A stretch of DNA of 64,000 nucleotides from an uncultured Desulfatibacillum sp. (GCA_964596545.1 CAZQUP010000001.1:70181-134180), one strand, 5' to 3'. Positions 42,876-52,753 are shown, counted from the first letter of the stretch. The notes: a model not told the origin generated them from the sequence alone. A program made the numbers and translations.

Positions 42876-43744
42876 CCGGCGGAGGAATGTGGGGATCGGT
42901 TCCCGGAATCGGTTGCGGCGACAATCCGGTCGGCTACGGCCCCCAGCGCACGGCTCAGGGGCGAATCCGGGAAGCTTTCGATAAATGAGCGGCCCCGGTC
43001 GGCGCAGTCCACCATCCGCGGGTCGAGCGGGATGCGCCCGAGAAAGGTGATCCCCATTTCACGGCAGGTGCGCTCTCCTCCGCCGGATCCGAAGAGATCG
43101 ACCGGTTTGCCGCAATGCGGACAGGCGAAGCCGCTCATGTTCTCGATCAACCCCAAGATCTCCATCTTCACCGTGCGGCAGAAATTGATCGACTTGCGCA
43201 CGTCGGCGAGGGCCACTTCCTGGGGCGTGGTGACGATGACGGCGCGCGCATCGGGGACCTGCTGGGCGACCGTGAGCGGCTCGTCCCCCGTCCCGGGGGG
43301 CGCATCGATGATCAAGAAATCGAGATCGCCCCATTCCACGTCCCCGATGAACTGGCGGATGGCCGAGAACTTGAGCGGCCCGCGCCAGATCACGGCGTCG
43401 TCGCGGCCGGGGAGAAAGGACTCCATGGAGATCACGGCCAGGGTATCCGAGACGCGCAGCGGGTTGAGTTTTCGCTCCGCGTTCACCTCCGGAGTTCCGG
43501 AGAGGCCGAGCATGCGTGGCACGTCCGGGCCGTGCAGGTCGACGTCCATCAGGCCGATACGCTTTCCGCGCGCGGCGAGGGTGAGGGCCAGGTTCACGGC
43601 GGTGCTGGTTTTTCCGACTCCGCCCTTGCCGCTCATCACCAAAAGCTTGTGGCGGATGCGCGCCAGCGAGCGGGCGATCGCCTTCTGCTGTTCGTTGCGG
43701 ATCGCCTCGGGGGAGGAAGGCATACGATCGAGAATTTCAGCCAT
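42872..43744 (-). CDS. mrp: Mrp/NBP35 (ApbC) family Fe-S cluster carrier ATPase
   Basis: Deviant Walker A SGKGGVGKTSTAVNLA, IIDAPPGTGDE and the CPHCG cluster-ligand motif are present. RBS AAGGAG lies upstream. Confidence 0.85.
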   Translation of the reverse strand: MAEILDRMPSSPEAIRNEQQKAIARSLARIRHKLLVMSGKGGVGKTSTAVNLALTLAARGKRIGLMDVDLHGPDVPRMLGLSGTPEVNAERKLNPLRVSDTLAVISMESFLPGRDDAVIWRGPLKFSAIRQFIGDVEWGDLDFLIIDAPPGTGDEPLTVAQQVPDARAVIVTTPQEVALADVRKSINFCRTVKMEILGLIENMSGFACPHCGKPVDLFGSGGGERTCREMGITFLGRIPLDPRMVDCADRGRSFIESFPDSPLSRALGAVADRIVAATDSGNRSPHSSAG

Positions 43745-43951
43745 GAGCGTCTCCTTGCGTGCTTGGGAGGACGGGGTCCGATGCGTAATGCCGGCAAAGA
43801 AGTAACCCGTCGGGCGGACTTGTCAAGGCCCGGTTCCGAGCCGCCGACGCGATTCCTCTGGACTTGTCCGAGGGGGACAATCTATGGTAGCAGGCGGGTT
43901 TTAAAAGGAATCGGGAAATTCGGGTTCTCGGAAAGGCGGTCGACACAGCTT

Positions 43952-46222
43952 ATGAAATTGCGGCTTGCTCTGGGGGTGGTGTTGTCCATTCTCGGCTTCG
44001 GGGCGGCGGTCTTCTCCGCGGAAGCCGCCCTCACCGTGCGCGTGCCCTTACCGGAGATCGCCCCTGTACAAAACCCGCAGCTTCGCGGCGCAACGGACCG
44101 CTTTTCCTTTCGCCTGCCGATCCCCGAGCGCTGGAAAGTGCGCCGGGCCGTGCTGCGCTTTTCCTATGTCAACTCCTCGGCGCTCATCGCCCGGATCTCG
44201 CGTTTGGTCTTCACCCTGCAGGAGCGCCCGCTCGCTCAGGTCCGCCTCAACCCCGACACCCCGGAAGGGGAGGTCACCGTGCCGCTGCCGCCGGAGCTTT
44301 TGCTTCCGGGGTACAACGAATGCACGTTCTGGGTGGCGCAGCACTACACCGAAGAGGAATGCGAGGACCCCTTCGCTCCCGAGCTGTGGACCTGGCTCAA
44401 CCTGGAGGAGGCCCAGATCCTCTTCGAGTTGGAGCCGAACCCGGTGCCGCTTCGCGTATCGGCCATCGCCGATTTTCTCTTTGATCCGCGAAACGCTTTC
44501 GACACGCGCGTCCACCTGGTGCTGCCCGAACTCACCCCCGCCTCCCTCCGGGCGGCTTCGGTCGTGGCCTCCGGCATCGCCCTGCGCTACGCTTACCGCG
44601 CACCGCAGATCTCCCTCGGTGCAAGCCTCCGACCCGGCGTCGACAATATCGTGATCGGCCTGCGGGATGAGCTCGCATCGCGGTTGCCGCAGGCGGCGAA
44701 GGCCGCTTTTCCCTCCGGCGCGGAGATGCGGGTGCAGCACCTCCCGGAGCTCCGGCCGGAGCCGAAGCCGGGGGAGCCGGCCATCGCCTTCGACCCGGCC
44801 CACGCCCTGGTCCTGGTGACCGGGGGAAACGCCCCGGAGCTCGAGACCGCCTGCCGAGCCTTCGCCTCGCTTTCCTATCCGCTTCCCGACACGGCCTCGA
44901 CCCGCATCGAGTCCGTGCGGCTGCCCGAGGTGGAAGAGCATAGCGTCCAGCGCGGCCTCTCTCCCGGCAAAACATACACGTTCGCCAGCCTTGGAAAACC
45001 CACCACGGAGTTTCTGCACATCTCCCCGCCTCCCCTCGATCTCGAGCTGCGGCTGCCCGCCGGCCTGCATCTCGCCGCCAACGCCTTCGCGAGCGTCATC
45101 CTGCACATGGCTTACGACGCCGCCATGCGCTCGGACTCCGTGCTCAACATCCTGCTCAACGGAAAGTTCATCTCCGCCGTACGCCTGGACAACCCGAAAG
45201 GGGACTATTTCAAGGGCTACCGCATCGACATCCCTTTCTCCTCCTTCAAAAGCGGACTGAATCGTCTGAGCCTCAAGGCGGAGCTGACCCCGCTGCACAC
45301 CGACAAGTGCACGCTGATTCAAACCGAAAATCTGCGGCTGACCGTGTTCGACGACTCCGCGGTCATCCTCCCCGAAGCGCCCTTCTGGAGCCGCATGCCG
45401 CGCCTGGATCTCTTCTTCCAGGACGCCTTTCCGCTCGGACGCTGGCCCGACTTGAGAGAAGCCGCCGTGTTCCTGGCGGAAAAAAACCCTCAGACGGCCG
45501 AAGCCGCCGTGAACGCCGTCGCGATCTGTGCCCAGAAATTGGGCTACCCCCCTTTCGCCGCGGCCTGGGCGATCGCCCCCGATGCGATTCCAGCGGACCG
45601 GGATCTCCTGGTCGTCGGCCCGCTTTCCTCGATTCCCGGCCCGCTTCTGGCCGCCGCCCCCTTAAGCGGCCTGGACCCGATGCGGCTCGCCTTCCCCTTG
45701 CAACCCCGACCCCGACCCCATATTTCCGAGCCGGTCGACTTCTGGTCCCGACCGCCGCGGCCGCAGGCCTCGGCACCCTTTCACCCCTCGGACGTGACCA
45801 CCCACAACCCGGCGCAGGTCGACCTCTCCGGGGCTCTGGGCGCCGGCCGCGGGGCGATGATGCAATTCCAGCACCCGAACGCCGCCGGCCGCACCGTCAC
45901 CCTGCTGGCGAGCGATGACGCCGCCGGTCTCGCCCGGCTGGGACGCACCCTCTGGGAACCCTCCGTCCAGGCGGCCGTTCAGGGCGATTTCGTACTCCTG
46001 CGTCTCGACGCCCCGCGCCCCCAAACGCTCGCCCTCACGCTGGGGCCGGCCTACTTCATCGGGGTTCCCGGGAAAATGCCGGCGCTGCAGAACTTCATCA
46101 ACACGCATCCTCTCCTTGCCTTGGGAATCCTGCTGGCGCTGCTTTTGATCCTGTGCATCCTTCTCGTCCGTCTGATCCGGGGACACCGGCGCCGGAGGCT
46201 GCAACCCGGGGAAGCGGAATGA
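43952..46222 (+). CDS. bcsB: Cellulose synthase regulatory (periplasmic) subunit BcsB
   Basis: Internal ATG giving signal peptide MKLRLALGVVLSILGFGAAVFSAEA. The ~750-aa length and the C-terminal TM anchor plus basic tail (HPLLALGILLALLLILCILLVRLIRGHRRRRL) parallel the recalled E. coli BcsB terminus. Confidence 0.8.
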   Translation: MKLRLALGVVLSILGFGAAVFSAEAALTVRVPLPEIAPVQNPQLRGATDRFSFRLPIPERWKVRRAVLRFSYVNSSALIARISRLVFTLQERPLAQVRLNPDTPEGEVTVPLPPELLLPGYNECTFWVAQHYTEEECEDPFAPELWTWLNLEEAQILFELEPNPVPLRVSAIADFLFDPRNAFDTRVHLVLPELTPASLRAASVVASGIALRYAYRAPQISLGASLRPGVDNIVIGLRDELASRLPQAAKAAFPSGAEMRVQHLPELRPEPKPGEPAIAFDPAHALVLVTGGNAPELETACRAFASLSYPLPDTASTRIESVRLPEVEEHSVQRGLSPGKTYTFASLGKPTTEFLHISPPPLDLELRLPAGLHLAANAFASVILHMAYDAAMRSDSVLNILLNGKFISAVRLDNPKGDYFKGYRIDIPFSSFKSGLNRLSLKAELTPLHTDKCTLIQTENLRLTVFDDSAVILPEAPFWSRMPRLDLFFQDAFPLGRWPDLREAAVFLAEKNPQTAEAAVNAVAICAQKLGYPPFAAAWAIAPDAIPADRDLLVVGPLSSIPGPLLAAAPLSGLDPMRLAFPLQPRPRPHISEPVDFWSRPPRPQASAPFHPSDVTTHNPAQVDLSGALGAGRGAMMQFQHPNAAGRTVTLLASDDAAGLARLGRTLWEPSVQAAVQGDFVLLRLDAPRPQTLALTLGPAYFIGVPGKMPALQNFINTHPLLALGILLALLLILCILLVRLIRGHRRRRLQPGEAE

Positions 46223-46226
46223 GGCC

Positions 46227-47297
46227 ATGCGCATACTTCCGGCCGGTTCGCCCGCAACCGTTCAGGGCGCTTGGGGCGTTTGGCTCTTGCTGGCGTTTCT
46301 CTGGGGACCTCCGGCCGAGTGCGCCGATTGGGGACGGTTCCTCGAACGCTTCGTTTCCGGCGACGGCCGGGTGATCGACCCCGGGCAGCAGGACGCCAGC
46401 CACTCCGAGGGGCAAGGCTACGGCCTGTGGCTGGCCTTGCTCCACGGCGACCGACCGGCCTTCGACCGCATCCTGCGCTGGACGGTCGACAACCTCCAGG
46501 TGCGCAAAGACGCGCTGTTCGCCTGGTCGTGGGGTCGCAGGCCGAACGGATCCTGGAACGTCATCGATTACAACAACGCCAGCGACGGCGATCTGCTGAT
46601 CGCCTCGGCCTTGCTTCGCGCCGCCGCGGAATGGAAACATCCGCCGTATCGCGAAAAGGCCCTCGCCGTGGTCCGGGACATCCGAGTGCATCTGGCCTTT
46701 GCGGCCGGCAAGCGGCGACTGATCGCCCCGGGCTATTACGGCTTCGCCGGCCGGGAACGACTCCTTTTCAACACCGGCTATGCGGTGTTCCCGGCCTACC
46801 GCGCTTTCGCCGCCGCCGAGGAGACGGCCTTCTGGAGCCGGATCCTGGAGGATGCGCGAAGCCTGCTTCGGGAAGCCGCGGCGAACCCTTTCGCCCTTCC
46901 CCCGGACTGGGTCGTTCTCGAGCCGGAGCAGCCGCGCCTTTCGGCCGAACGCGGCCCCTTCTTCGGCTACGAGGCGGCCCGGCTTCCGCTCTACGAATCC
47001 GGCCTGGCAGAGCCCCTGCCCCTTTTCGGTCCTTTTCTCGACTGGGTGGAGCGCTCGGGCTACCTCCCCGTAAGGGTAAACCTCGTCGAACACACGGTTT
47101 CGACCGGCGAAGCGGCGGCGGGCTTTCACGCCGTCTTTGCGCTTGCGGCGGAGCGGCGGGGAAAGGAGGATCTCGCGCGGAGGCTGCTCGAACGCGGCCG
47201 GGCGAAGATTGCGTCCGAGGCGGACGATTACTACTCGAACGCGCTTTTTCTTTTGGCAACGGGGGGGCCGGGCCGAAGAGGAGTGCGATGGCCATGA
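46227..47297 (+). CDS. bcsZ: Glycoside hydrolase family 8 endoglucanase BcsZ
   Basis: SHSEGQGYGLWLAL (catalytic Glu context) and ASDGDLLIASALLRAA match GH8 signatures. The gene lies between bcsB and bcsC. Confidence 0.8.
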   Translation: MRILPAGSPATVQGAWGVWLLLAFLWGPPAECADWGRFLERFVSGDGRVIDPGQQDASHSEGQGYGLWLALLHGDRPAFDRILRWTVDNLQVRKDALFAWSWGRRPNGSWNVIDYNNASDGDLLIASALLRAAAEWKHPPYREKALAVVRDIRVHLAFAAGKRRLIAPGYYGFAGRERLLFNTGYAVFPAYRAFAAAEETAFWSRILEDARSLLREAAANPFALPPDWVVLEPEQPRLSAERGPFFGYEAARLPLYESGLAEPLPLFGPFLDWVERSGYLPVRVNLVEHTVSTGEAAAGFHAVFALAAERRGKEDLARRLLERGRAKIASEADDYYSNALFLLATGGPGRRGVRWP

Positions 47298-50110
47298 TCC
47301 GGTTCGTCGCGGGATTCGTCCTGTTTTGCCTGCTCGGCGCGGTTTTTCCCCTGCTTCACCCCGAGGAGACCAGGGCCGGCGAGCCGCCGATCGCCCCCGC
47401 GGCCCCCTCGGCCGTCCGCCGGGATGGCCCCGCTTCCGGCGTCGAGACGCTGCAGCGCGTCGCCCCCGGCCGCGTGGAAGCCCGTCCCCACGAGATGGAA
47501 GTCGAGTGGGAACCTCCGGACTGGTTCTACACCTCTCCCAAGGATGCGCTGCGGTTGAAAGGCTGGGACTCCGGCTTTCCCCCCGATGCGCCTCGCGAAT
47601 TGCTTCCGCCCGCCGCCGCCCCGCCTTCCCCGCTCGAGCAGGCCTGGGCCCTGTACCGACGAGGGCGTCTTGCCGAATCGGCGGCGCTTTTTCGCTCCCT
47701 GCTCGAGCTGCCCGAGCCCGCCCGGGCCCGGGAGGCCCGCCTGGGACTCGCCTACAGCCTTCTCCGCCAGGGCCGACGGCGGGAGGCGCTGCCGCACCTC
47801 GAGCGACTCTTGCGCGAGGGCCATCGAGGGCCGGAAGTGCGTCGAGCCCTGATCGATCTGCTCATGGCCGAAGGCCGCTACCCGGCCGCGCGTGCGGAAA
47901 TCGATCGCCTGCCGGTCCGCGAGCGCGAAGCCGCGCTGCGAAGGTTCCTCGAAGTCCGTTTTGCGGATCGGCTCCGCTCTCTTCCCGCCGACCCGCCCCT
48001 GCCCAAACTCAAGGAAATCCTTTCCAGCGAGCAGGAGGCCCTCGCGCGCTGCATCCGACCCGATCTGTTTCATGGGCTCGCCCGCCTCTTCGCCCGAGCC
48101 GGCGATGCGGGGGCGGCGGCGGAGCTCGATCGCCGTCTGCTCGCCTGTCCTATCGCCCCGTCGCTGCGACTGGGCATCCTCGCCGGACTCGCCGCTTCCG
48201 GCCCGGAGGAAGAGGCCCTTTCCCTCCTCGTTTCCCAGCGTACGTTTCTCGCTCCGCTTGATCCGCTGATCGCCCGGCAGCTCGAAGACCTCGAAGTCGC
48301 CCTTCTCCGGCAAAGGCTCGCCCGTCTGCCCGAAGGCTCCGCGGCGCGGGCGGAAACGGCGACGGAAATCCTCGCCCGACGGCCGGACGACCCGGAGGCG
48401 CTCGCCGTTCTCGCCTGGGAACACCTCCGCCGCGGCGAGGCGGAAACGGCCGAGCGGCTCTTTCTCCGCTTGCGGGAATCCGACCCACAAAACCGCGACG
48501 CGGCCCTGGGAGCGGGCTGGGCGCGCCTGCAATCCGGGCGCGTGGACGAGGCGCTCGCACCGTTTGCTTCCGGGGCGATCCCCGAGGACGAAGGGATCCG
48601 TGCCCTCCGACGGGCGGTGCTGCGGCGTCAGGCGGACCGGGCGATGGCCGAGAGCCGCTGGCGGGATGCAGCCGCCGCCTACGAGGCGCTTCTGCAAATC
48701 GATCCGCAGGACCCCAACGCCGCAGACGAACTCACACGCGCGCTGCTCCGTGGAGGACCGGCGGTCGAGGAGCTCAAGCGCCTGGAAGGACGGGTTCAAA
48801 CCGCCCCCTCGCCGTCTCTCGTCTCCGGACTGCTCGATCACTACCGTGAAGCGGGGCTGGAGGATCCCGCCTGGGATCTCGCCTGCCGCGCCGCCCGCAG
48901 CTCCGACCCGGCGGTCGCCGCCGCGGCGGCGCCCTTCTTTTTCGCCCAGGGGCTTCCCGTCACCGCCTCGCAGCTCGATGCCGACGAGACCCGCTGCTAC
49001 CGCAACGCCTTCTCGCCGCGCGCCGAAGCCTTCGGCCTGCATCGCAGCCGCGACACCCGCGGCCGTTACGGCGACCTCGAGGAAACTTCCTTTCCGCTTT
49101 CCGCTTTCCATGCCGTGGGACGCGGGCGCACCGCCTCACTCACCCTCACCCCGCGCCTGCTGCGGGGAAACCCGGCGCAAGATCAACCCCCCGTGGGGCG
49201 CGACTACCTGCGCGGATCTCCCCGGCGGGAACGCTGGCAGGACGATCTCCTCGTGGTCCAGCCCGACGCCGGGCTGGAGCTCGAGGGCCGTTTTCCCGTA
49301 GCGCTGCACCTGGGAACGACCCCGCTCGGCGGGCCCGTCTCCCCCGGGCCGACCTTCTCCGCCCGCCTCGGCTCCGAAGCGGGATTCCTCGAGGTCCACC
49401 GGCTCAGCGTGCGCGACTCGATCCTTTCCTGGGTGGGGCAGAAGGATCCCTACAGCCGAACCTCCTGGGGCCGGCTGACGCGCACGGGGGCGGAAGCGGG
49501 CCGGAGCTTCCCCGTGGGGGCCATCGGCTGGTGGGCCCTAAACGCCGGCTTCGATCACTACGACGGGCAAAATGTGATCGATAACCAGGCCCTGCGCGGC
49601 GGAATCGCCGCAGGCCGCACCCATCTCGTGGAGGGCGACGAGTGGAGCTACGGGGCCTTTCTCAGCCTCGCCCATTTCCGCCGTAACAGCGATTTTTACA
49701 CCTTCGGCCACGGCGGATACTACAGCCCGCAGTTCTTTTCCATTGCCGGCCCCTTCGCCCGCTTGCGCACCGCCGCCTGCCGCGATTTCTGGCTGGATCT
49801 TCAGCTTTCCGCCGGCTGGCTCCACCAGCGATTGCATCAAAGCCGCCGCTACCCCCTCGATGACGATCTTCGGGTGAACGGAACCTACAACGACGACACC
49901 GATCATCTCATCGGCGCCTCCGTCCGGATCCAGGGTATGAAACAGCTCACCCGCTACGCGGCCCTGGGAGGCCTCTTTTCCTTCGGCGCAAGCGGCGACT
50001 GGACGGAATGGATGGTGGGAGCGGGGGTCCAGATCTTCTTCGAGCCTCAGAACGTCTTCTCCACCCGCAGAAATCTCTTCGGCGACTTCGGCGCATCCTC
50101 GAACCGCTGA
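47288..50110 (+). CDS. bcsC: Cellulose synthase operon protein C (TPR + C-terminal outer-membrane beta-barrel), BcsC
   Basis: Internal ATG (MAMIRFVAGFVLFCLLGAV signal) of track ORF 46271..50110. A long TPR region is followed by a Gly/aromatic-rich beta-barrel-like C-terminus ending ...GVQIFFEPQNVF. The gene follows bcsZ. Confidence 0.75.
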   Translation: MAMIRFVAGFVLFCLLGAVFPLLHPEETRAGEPPIAPAAPSAVRRDGPASGVETLQRVAPGRVEARPHEMEVEWEPPDWFYTSPKDALRLKGWDSGFPPDAPRELLPPAAAPPSPLEQAWALYRRGRLAESAALFRSLLELPEPARAREARLGLAYSLLRQGRRREALPHLERLLREGHRGPEVRRALIDLLMAEGRYPAARAEIDRLPVREREAALRRFLEVRFADRLRSLPADPPLPKLKEILSSEQEALARCIRPDLFHGLARLFARAGDAGAAAELDRRLLACPIAPSLRLGILAGLAASGPEEEALSLLVSQRTFLAPLDPLIARQLEDLEVALLRQRLARLPEGSAARAETATEILARRPDDPEALAVLAWEHLRRGEAETAERLFLRLRESDPQNRDAALGAGWARLQSGRVDEALAPFASGAIPEDEGIRALRRAVLRRQADRAMAESRWRDAAAAYEALLQIDPQDPNAADELTRALLRGGPAVEELKRLEGRVQTAPSPSLVSGLLDHYREAGLEDPAWDLACRAARSSDPAVAAAAAPFFFAQGLPVTASQLDADETRCYRNAFSPRAEAFGLHRSRDTRGRYGDLEETSFPLSAFHAVGRGRTASLTLTPRLLRGNPAQDQPPVGRDYLRGSPRRERWQDDLLVVQPDAGLELEGRFPVALHLGTTPLGGPVSPGPTFSARLGSEAGFLEVHRLSVRDSILSWVGQKDPYSRTSWGRLTRTGAEAGRSFPVGAIGWWALNAGFDHYDGQNVIDNQALRGGIAAGRTHLVEGDEWSYGAFLSLAHFRRNSDFYTFGHGGYYSPQFFSIAGPFARLRTAACRDFWLDLQLSAGWLHQRLHQSRRYPLDDDLRVNGTYNDDTDHLIGASVRIQGMKQLTRYAALGGLFSFGASGDWTEWMVGAGVQIFFEPQNVFSTRRNLFGDFGASSNR

Positions 50111-50116
50111 GGAGAA

Positions 50117-51442
50117 CTATCGCCTTTTTCCTCTTTCGTCTGCCCGGCCGGCGGGGGAGAAGGCATACCACAGAAGCCCCAGGATCTGCAGAAAAAGGAG
50201 CAGCAGCAGACTCGCCCGATAGCCGGCGGGAGCATACCTGCCGGGCGTATCCGGCGGGAAAAGCGCGATCACCGCTCCGATTCCCCATTGCGCGGCGAAG
50301 GTGGCGACGAAAACGAGCACATTGAGCCCGGTGCTCACCCGGCCGGCGAGCGCCGGCGCAAAGTGCATCGCCAGCGCCGGGTAAGGGATCACCCCCGCCG
50401 TGCCGATGAAGCCGAAGAGCGCCCAGAGGATGGTCGCCCAGCCCCGGGGGGCGAGGATGAGAAGCCCCTGCACGACCATAAAGAGGGCCATCCCCCAGGC
50501 TCCGGTGGTGAGCGGGGCGACTCCGGCGCGTCCCAGGCGCTCCGTCACCCATCCGATGCCCACATAGCCGGCCGTCATCGCGGCCGCCGTCCAGAAGAGC
50601 ACCGTGGCCGCCGCCGGGCGGTCCAGGCCGGCCACGTCCCGCAGCCACGGACCCGACCACAGCCCGTGCACCGCCATGAAGGCGACCTGCGAGGCGACGG
50701 TTAGCGGAGCGATGCGCCAGAATTGTGGACTGCAAAAGACCTCCCGGATGCCGCGCCACGGCCGGGAGAGCGCCTCCGGCGCCGAGGGGGGCCGCTTCTC
50801 GGGGACCGCCCTCCAGATGACGGCGGCCACGGCGAGGCTCAGGACCGAAAGGCCTAAAAAAACGCCCCGCCAGTCGGCGACGCGAAGCGCCGCCTCGACC
50901 GGCACGGTCGCCGACAGCGCCCCCAGCCCACCCGCGGCGAGATGCAGGCCGTTGATCCGCGGCCAGGAAGCCGGAGGGAACCAGAGGGTGTAGGCCTTGA
51001 TCGCCGCCATGTAGCCCGCCGCGACCCCCAGGCCGATCCCGGCGCGGCCGAGGACCAGTCCCCACAGCCCCTCGGCCCGGGCGAAAACCACGGCTCCTCC
51101 GGCGGCGAGCAGAAGGAGCAGTCCCTCGACGCGCCGCGGGCCGAAACGGTCGAGGAGGATCCCGAGCGGAATCTGGAAGGCCGCAAAGGAGATGAAATAG
51201 GCGGCGGTGAGCAACCCCAGATCGGCGGGTCCGATCCCCAGATCCATGACCAGATCCGGCGCGATGATTGCATTGACCACGCGGAAAAGGTAGGAGAGAA
51301 AATAGGCGAGAGCGAAGGGGAGGAGCACGCGCGGCAAGACCCCGCCCCGCGGTCCGGGACGGCTCTCCGAGGCGTCCGCCCCGGCTGCGGCCGGGCCGGA
51401 TGCGGATCCCCCGGGCATGCGCACCTTAGGGCTTCCAGACAT
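50117..51442 (-). CDS. MFS transporter
   Basis: About 12 hydrophobic segments and the MFS loop motif PLGILLDRFGPRRV. An alternative start ATG at 51418 would avoid overlap with the upstream decarboxylase gene. Confidence 0.75.
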   Translation of the reverse strand: MSGSPKVRMPGGSASGPAAAGADASESRPGPRGGVLPRVLLPFALAYFLSYLFRVVNAIIAPDLVMDLGIGPADLGLLTAAYFISFAAFQIPLGILLDRFGPRRVEGLLLLLAAGGAVVFARAEGLWGLVLGRAGIGLGVAAGYMAAIKAYTLWFPPASWPRINGLHLAAGGLGALSATVPVEAALRVADWRGVFLGLSVLSLAVAAVIWRAVPEKRPPSAPEALSRPWRGIREVFCSPQFWRIAPLTVASQVAFMAVHGLWSGPWLRDVAGLDRPAAATVLFWTAAAMTAGYVGIGWVTERLGRAGVAPLTTGAWGMALFMVVQGLLILAPRGWATILWALFGFIGTAGVIPYPALAMHFAPALAGRVSTGLNVLVFVATFAAQWGIGAVIALFPPDTPGRYAPAGYRASLLLLLFLQILGLLWYAFSPAGRADERGKRR

Positions 51443-52688
51443 CGGGCGGGAAGCGGAGGGTGGCGAAATGGTCTTCGACGGTCTCCTCCCGGCGGATCAG
51501 CTCGACCGCACCATCGGTGCGCAGCAGCAACTCCTTGGGGCGCAGCCGTCCGTTGTAATTGAAGCCCATGGCGTGGCCGTGGGCGCCGGTGTCGTGGATG
51601 ACGAGGAGATCGCCTTCCTCGAGCGGCGGCAATTCGCGCTGGATGGCGAACTTGTCGTTGTTCTCGCAGAGCGAGCCGACCACGTCCACCGGAGCGGCGG
51701 GCGGGAGGTCCTGTTTCCCGGGAACGCTGATGTGGTGGTAAGCGCCGTACATTCCGGGCCGCATCAAGGCCGACATGCAGGCATCCACCCCGATGTAGGT
51801 GCGGTAGATTTCCTTGCGGTTGATCACGCGGGTCACGAGCACCCCGTGGGGGCCGGTCATGTAACGGCCGCTTTCCATCAAGAGCCGAGGGGCCCAGCCG
51901 TGGCGGCTGCGGAAACGGTCGAAGAGCGCCGTCGCCTCTTCGCCCAAAGCGGCGAGATCGAGCGGCTCGTCCTCCGGCCGGTAGGGGATTCCCAGGCCGC
52001 CCCCCATGTTGATGAATTCGAAGCGGATCGAGAGCTCGCCGGTGATCCAGGCCATCAGCTCGAGCAGCATGGCCACGGTCTGGGCCATGAAGCGGCAATT
52101 GCGCTCGTTGGAGACGACCATGGTGTGCAGCCCGAAGCGCCGCGCGCCGCGCGCGATCGCCCGGCGGTAAGCTTCGACCATCTGGTCATGGGCGACCCCG
52201 TACTTCGCCTCGACCGGGTTGCCGATGATCTCGTTTCCCGTGCGCCGGGGTCCGGGGTTGTAACGAAACGAGATGAGTTCGGGGAAACGCGGGACCTTGG
52301 GCACAAGCCGTATGTCATCCAGATTGAGGATCGAGCCGCCGTCGGCGAGGGCGGCCTCGAATTCGTGAACCGCGGTGTTGTTGGAGGTAAACATCAGATC
52401 CTCGCCGCGCGCGCCGATCGAACGGCACAGCAACAGTTCGGGGACCGAGCTGCAATCGAAGCCGAAGTCCATCTCGCGCATCAACCGGAGCACGCGCGGG
52501 TTGGGAAGGGCCTTGACCGCGAAATACTCGCGAAAGCCCTCGGGGATCCCGCGGAAGGCGTCCTTTACCGCCTCGCCGGTCGAGCGGATCCCGGCCTCGT
52601 CGTAGATGTGAAATGGAGTCCCGAAATGGCCCGCAATGCGTTCGAGAACGGGAAAGAGGCGTTTTTCGAATTCCGGGGACATCGGCAT
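51426..52688 (-). CDS. lysA: PLP-dependent Orn/DAP/Arg decarboxylase-family enzyme, probable diaminopimelate decarboxylase
   Basis: GTPFHIYDE, PLP-lysine context YFAVKALPN, GFDCSSVPEL, INMGGGLGIPY, ESGRY and CENNDKF are present. ATG 52688 (RBS AAGGAG) is preferred over the track's TTG at 52697. Confidence 0.7.
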   Translation of the reverse strand: MPMSPEFEKRLFPVLERIAGHFGTPFHIYDEAGIRSTGEAVKDAFRGIPEGFREYFAVKALPNPRVLRLMREMDFGFDCSSVPELLLCRSIGARGEDLMFTSNNTAVHEFEAALADGGSILNLDDIRLVPKVPRFPELISFRYNPGPRRTGNEIIGNPVEAKYGVAHDQMVEAYRRAIARGARRFGLHTMVVSNERNCRFMAQTVAMLLELMAWITGELSIRFEFINMGGGLGIPYRPEDEPLDLAALGEEATALFDRFRSRHGWAPRLLMESGRYMTGPHGVLVTRVINRKEIYRTYIGVDACMSALMRPGMYGAYHHISVPGKQDLPPAAPVDVVGSLCENNDKFAIQRELPPLEEGDLLVIHDTGAHGHAMGFNYNGRLRPKELLLRTDGAVELIRREETVEDHFATLRFPPDVWKP

Positions 52689-52724
52689 GGGGACCAAGCT
52701 CCTTGCGCGGCGGAAATGGGACTC

Positions 52725-52753
52725 GATCTATGGTTTTCCGCTCTTTCTGTCAA
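52725..52753 (-). promoter_or_regulatory. Sigma-70-like promoter for the decarboxylase/MFS genes
   Basis: The minus strand reads TTGACA-N17-TAGATC, about 35 nt upstream of ATG 52688. Confidence 0.4.

Noticed and set aside
42872-43744. The ParA/MinD-like ATPase upstream of bcsB considered as BcsQ
   Set aside because: It is divergently oriented and carries the Mrp/NBP35 CPHCG Fe-S ligand motif and N-terminal features of ApbC, so it is not a BcsQ-type protein.
43115-43951. 5' extensions of track ORFs (43115 for bcsB, 46271 for bcsC, 23383, 32269, 35881, 36911, 52636, 8132..9904, 55540..56541, 54800..56116)
   Set aside because: The extensions run through upstream genes or promoters and encode low-complexity sequence. 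Internal starts give proper signal peptides, RBSs or family N-termini.
43745-43951. Possible c-di-GMP riboswitch or operator upstream of bcsB (GGACTTGTC occurs twice, at 43817 and 43860)
   Set aside because: I could not recognise the GEMM-I or GEMM-II consensus. A 9-bp duplicate alone is weak evidence, and the first copy is better explained as the -35 region (TTGACA on the minus strand) of a possible mrp promoter.
47231-49111. 626-aa minus-strand ORF, and similar ORFs 44048..45322 and 52762..54255
   Set aside because: They are antisense to bcsC, bcsB and the exeA-like gene respectively.
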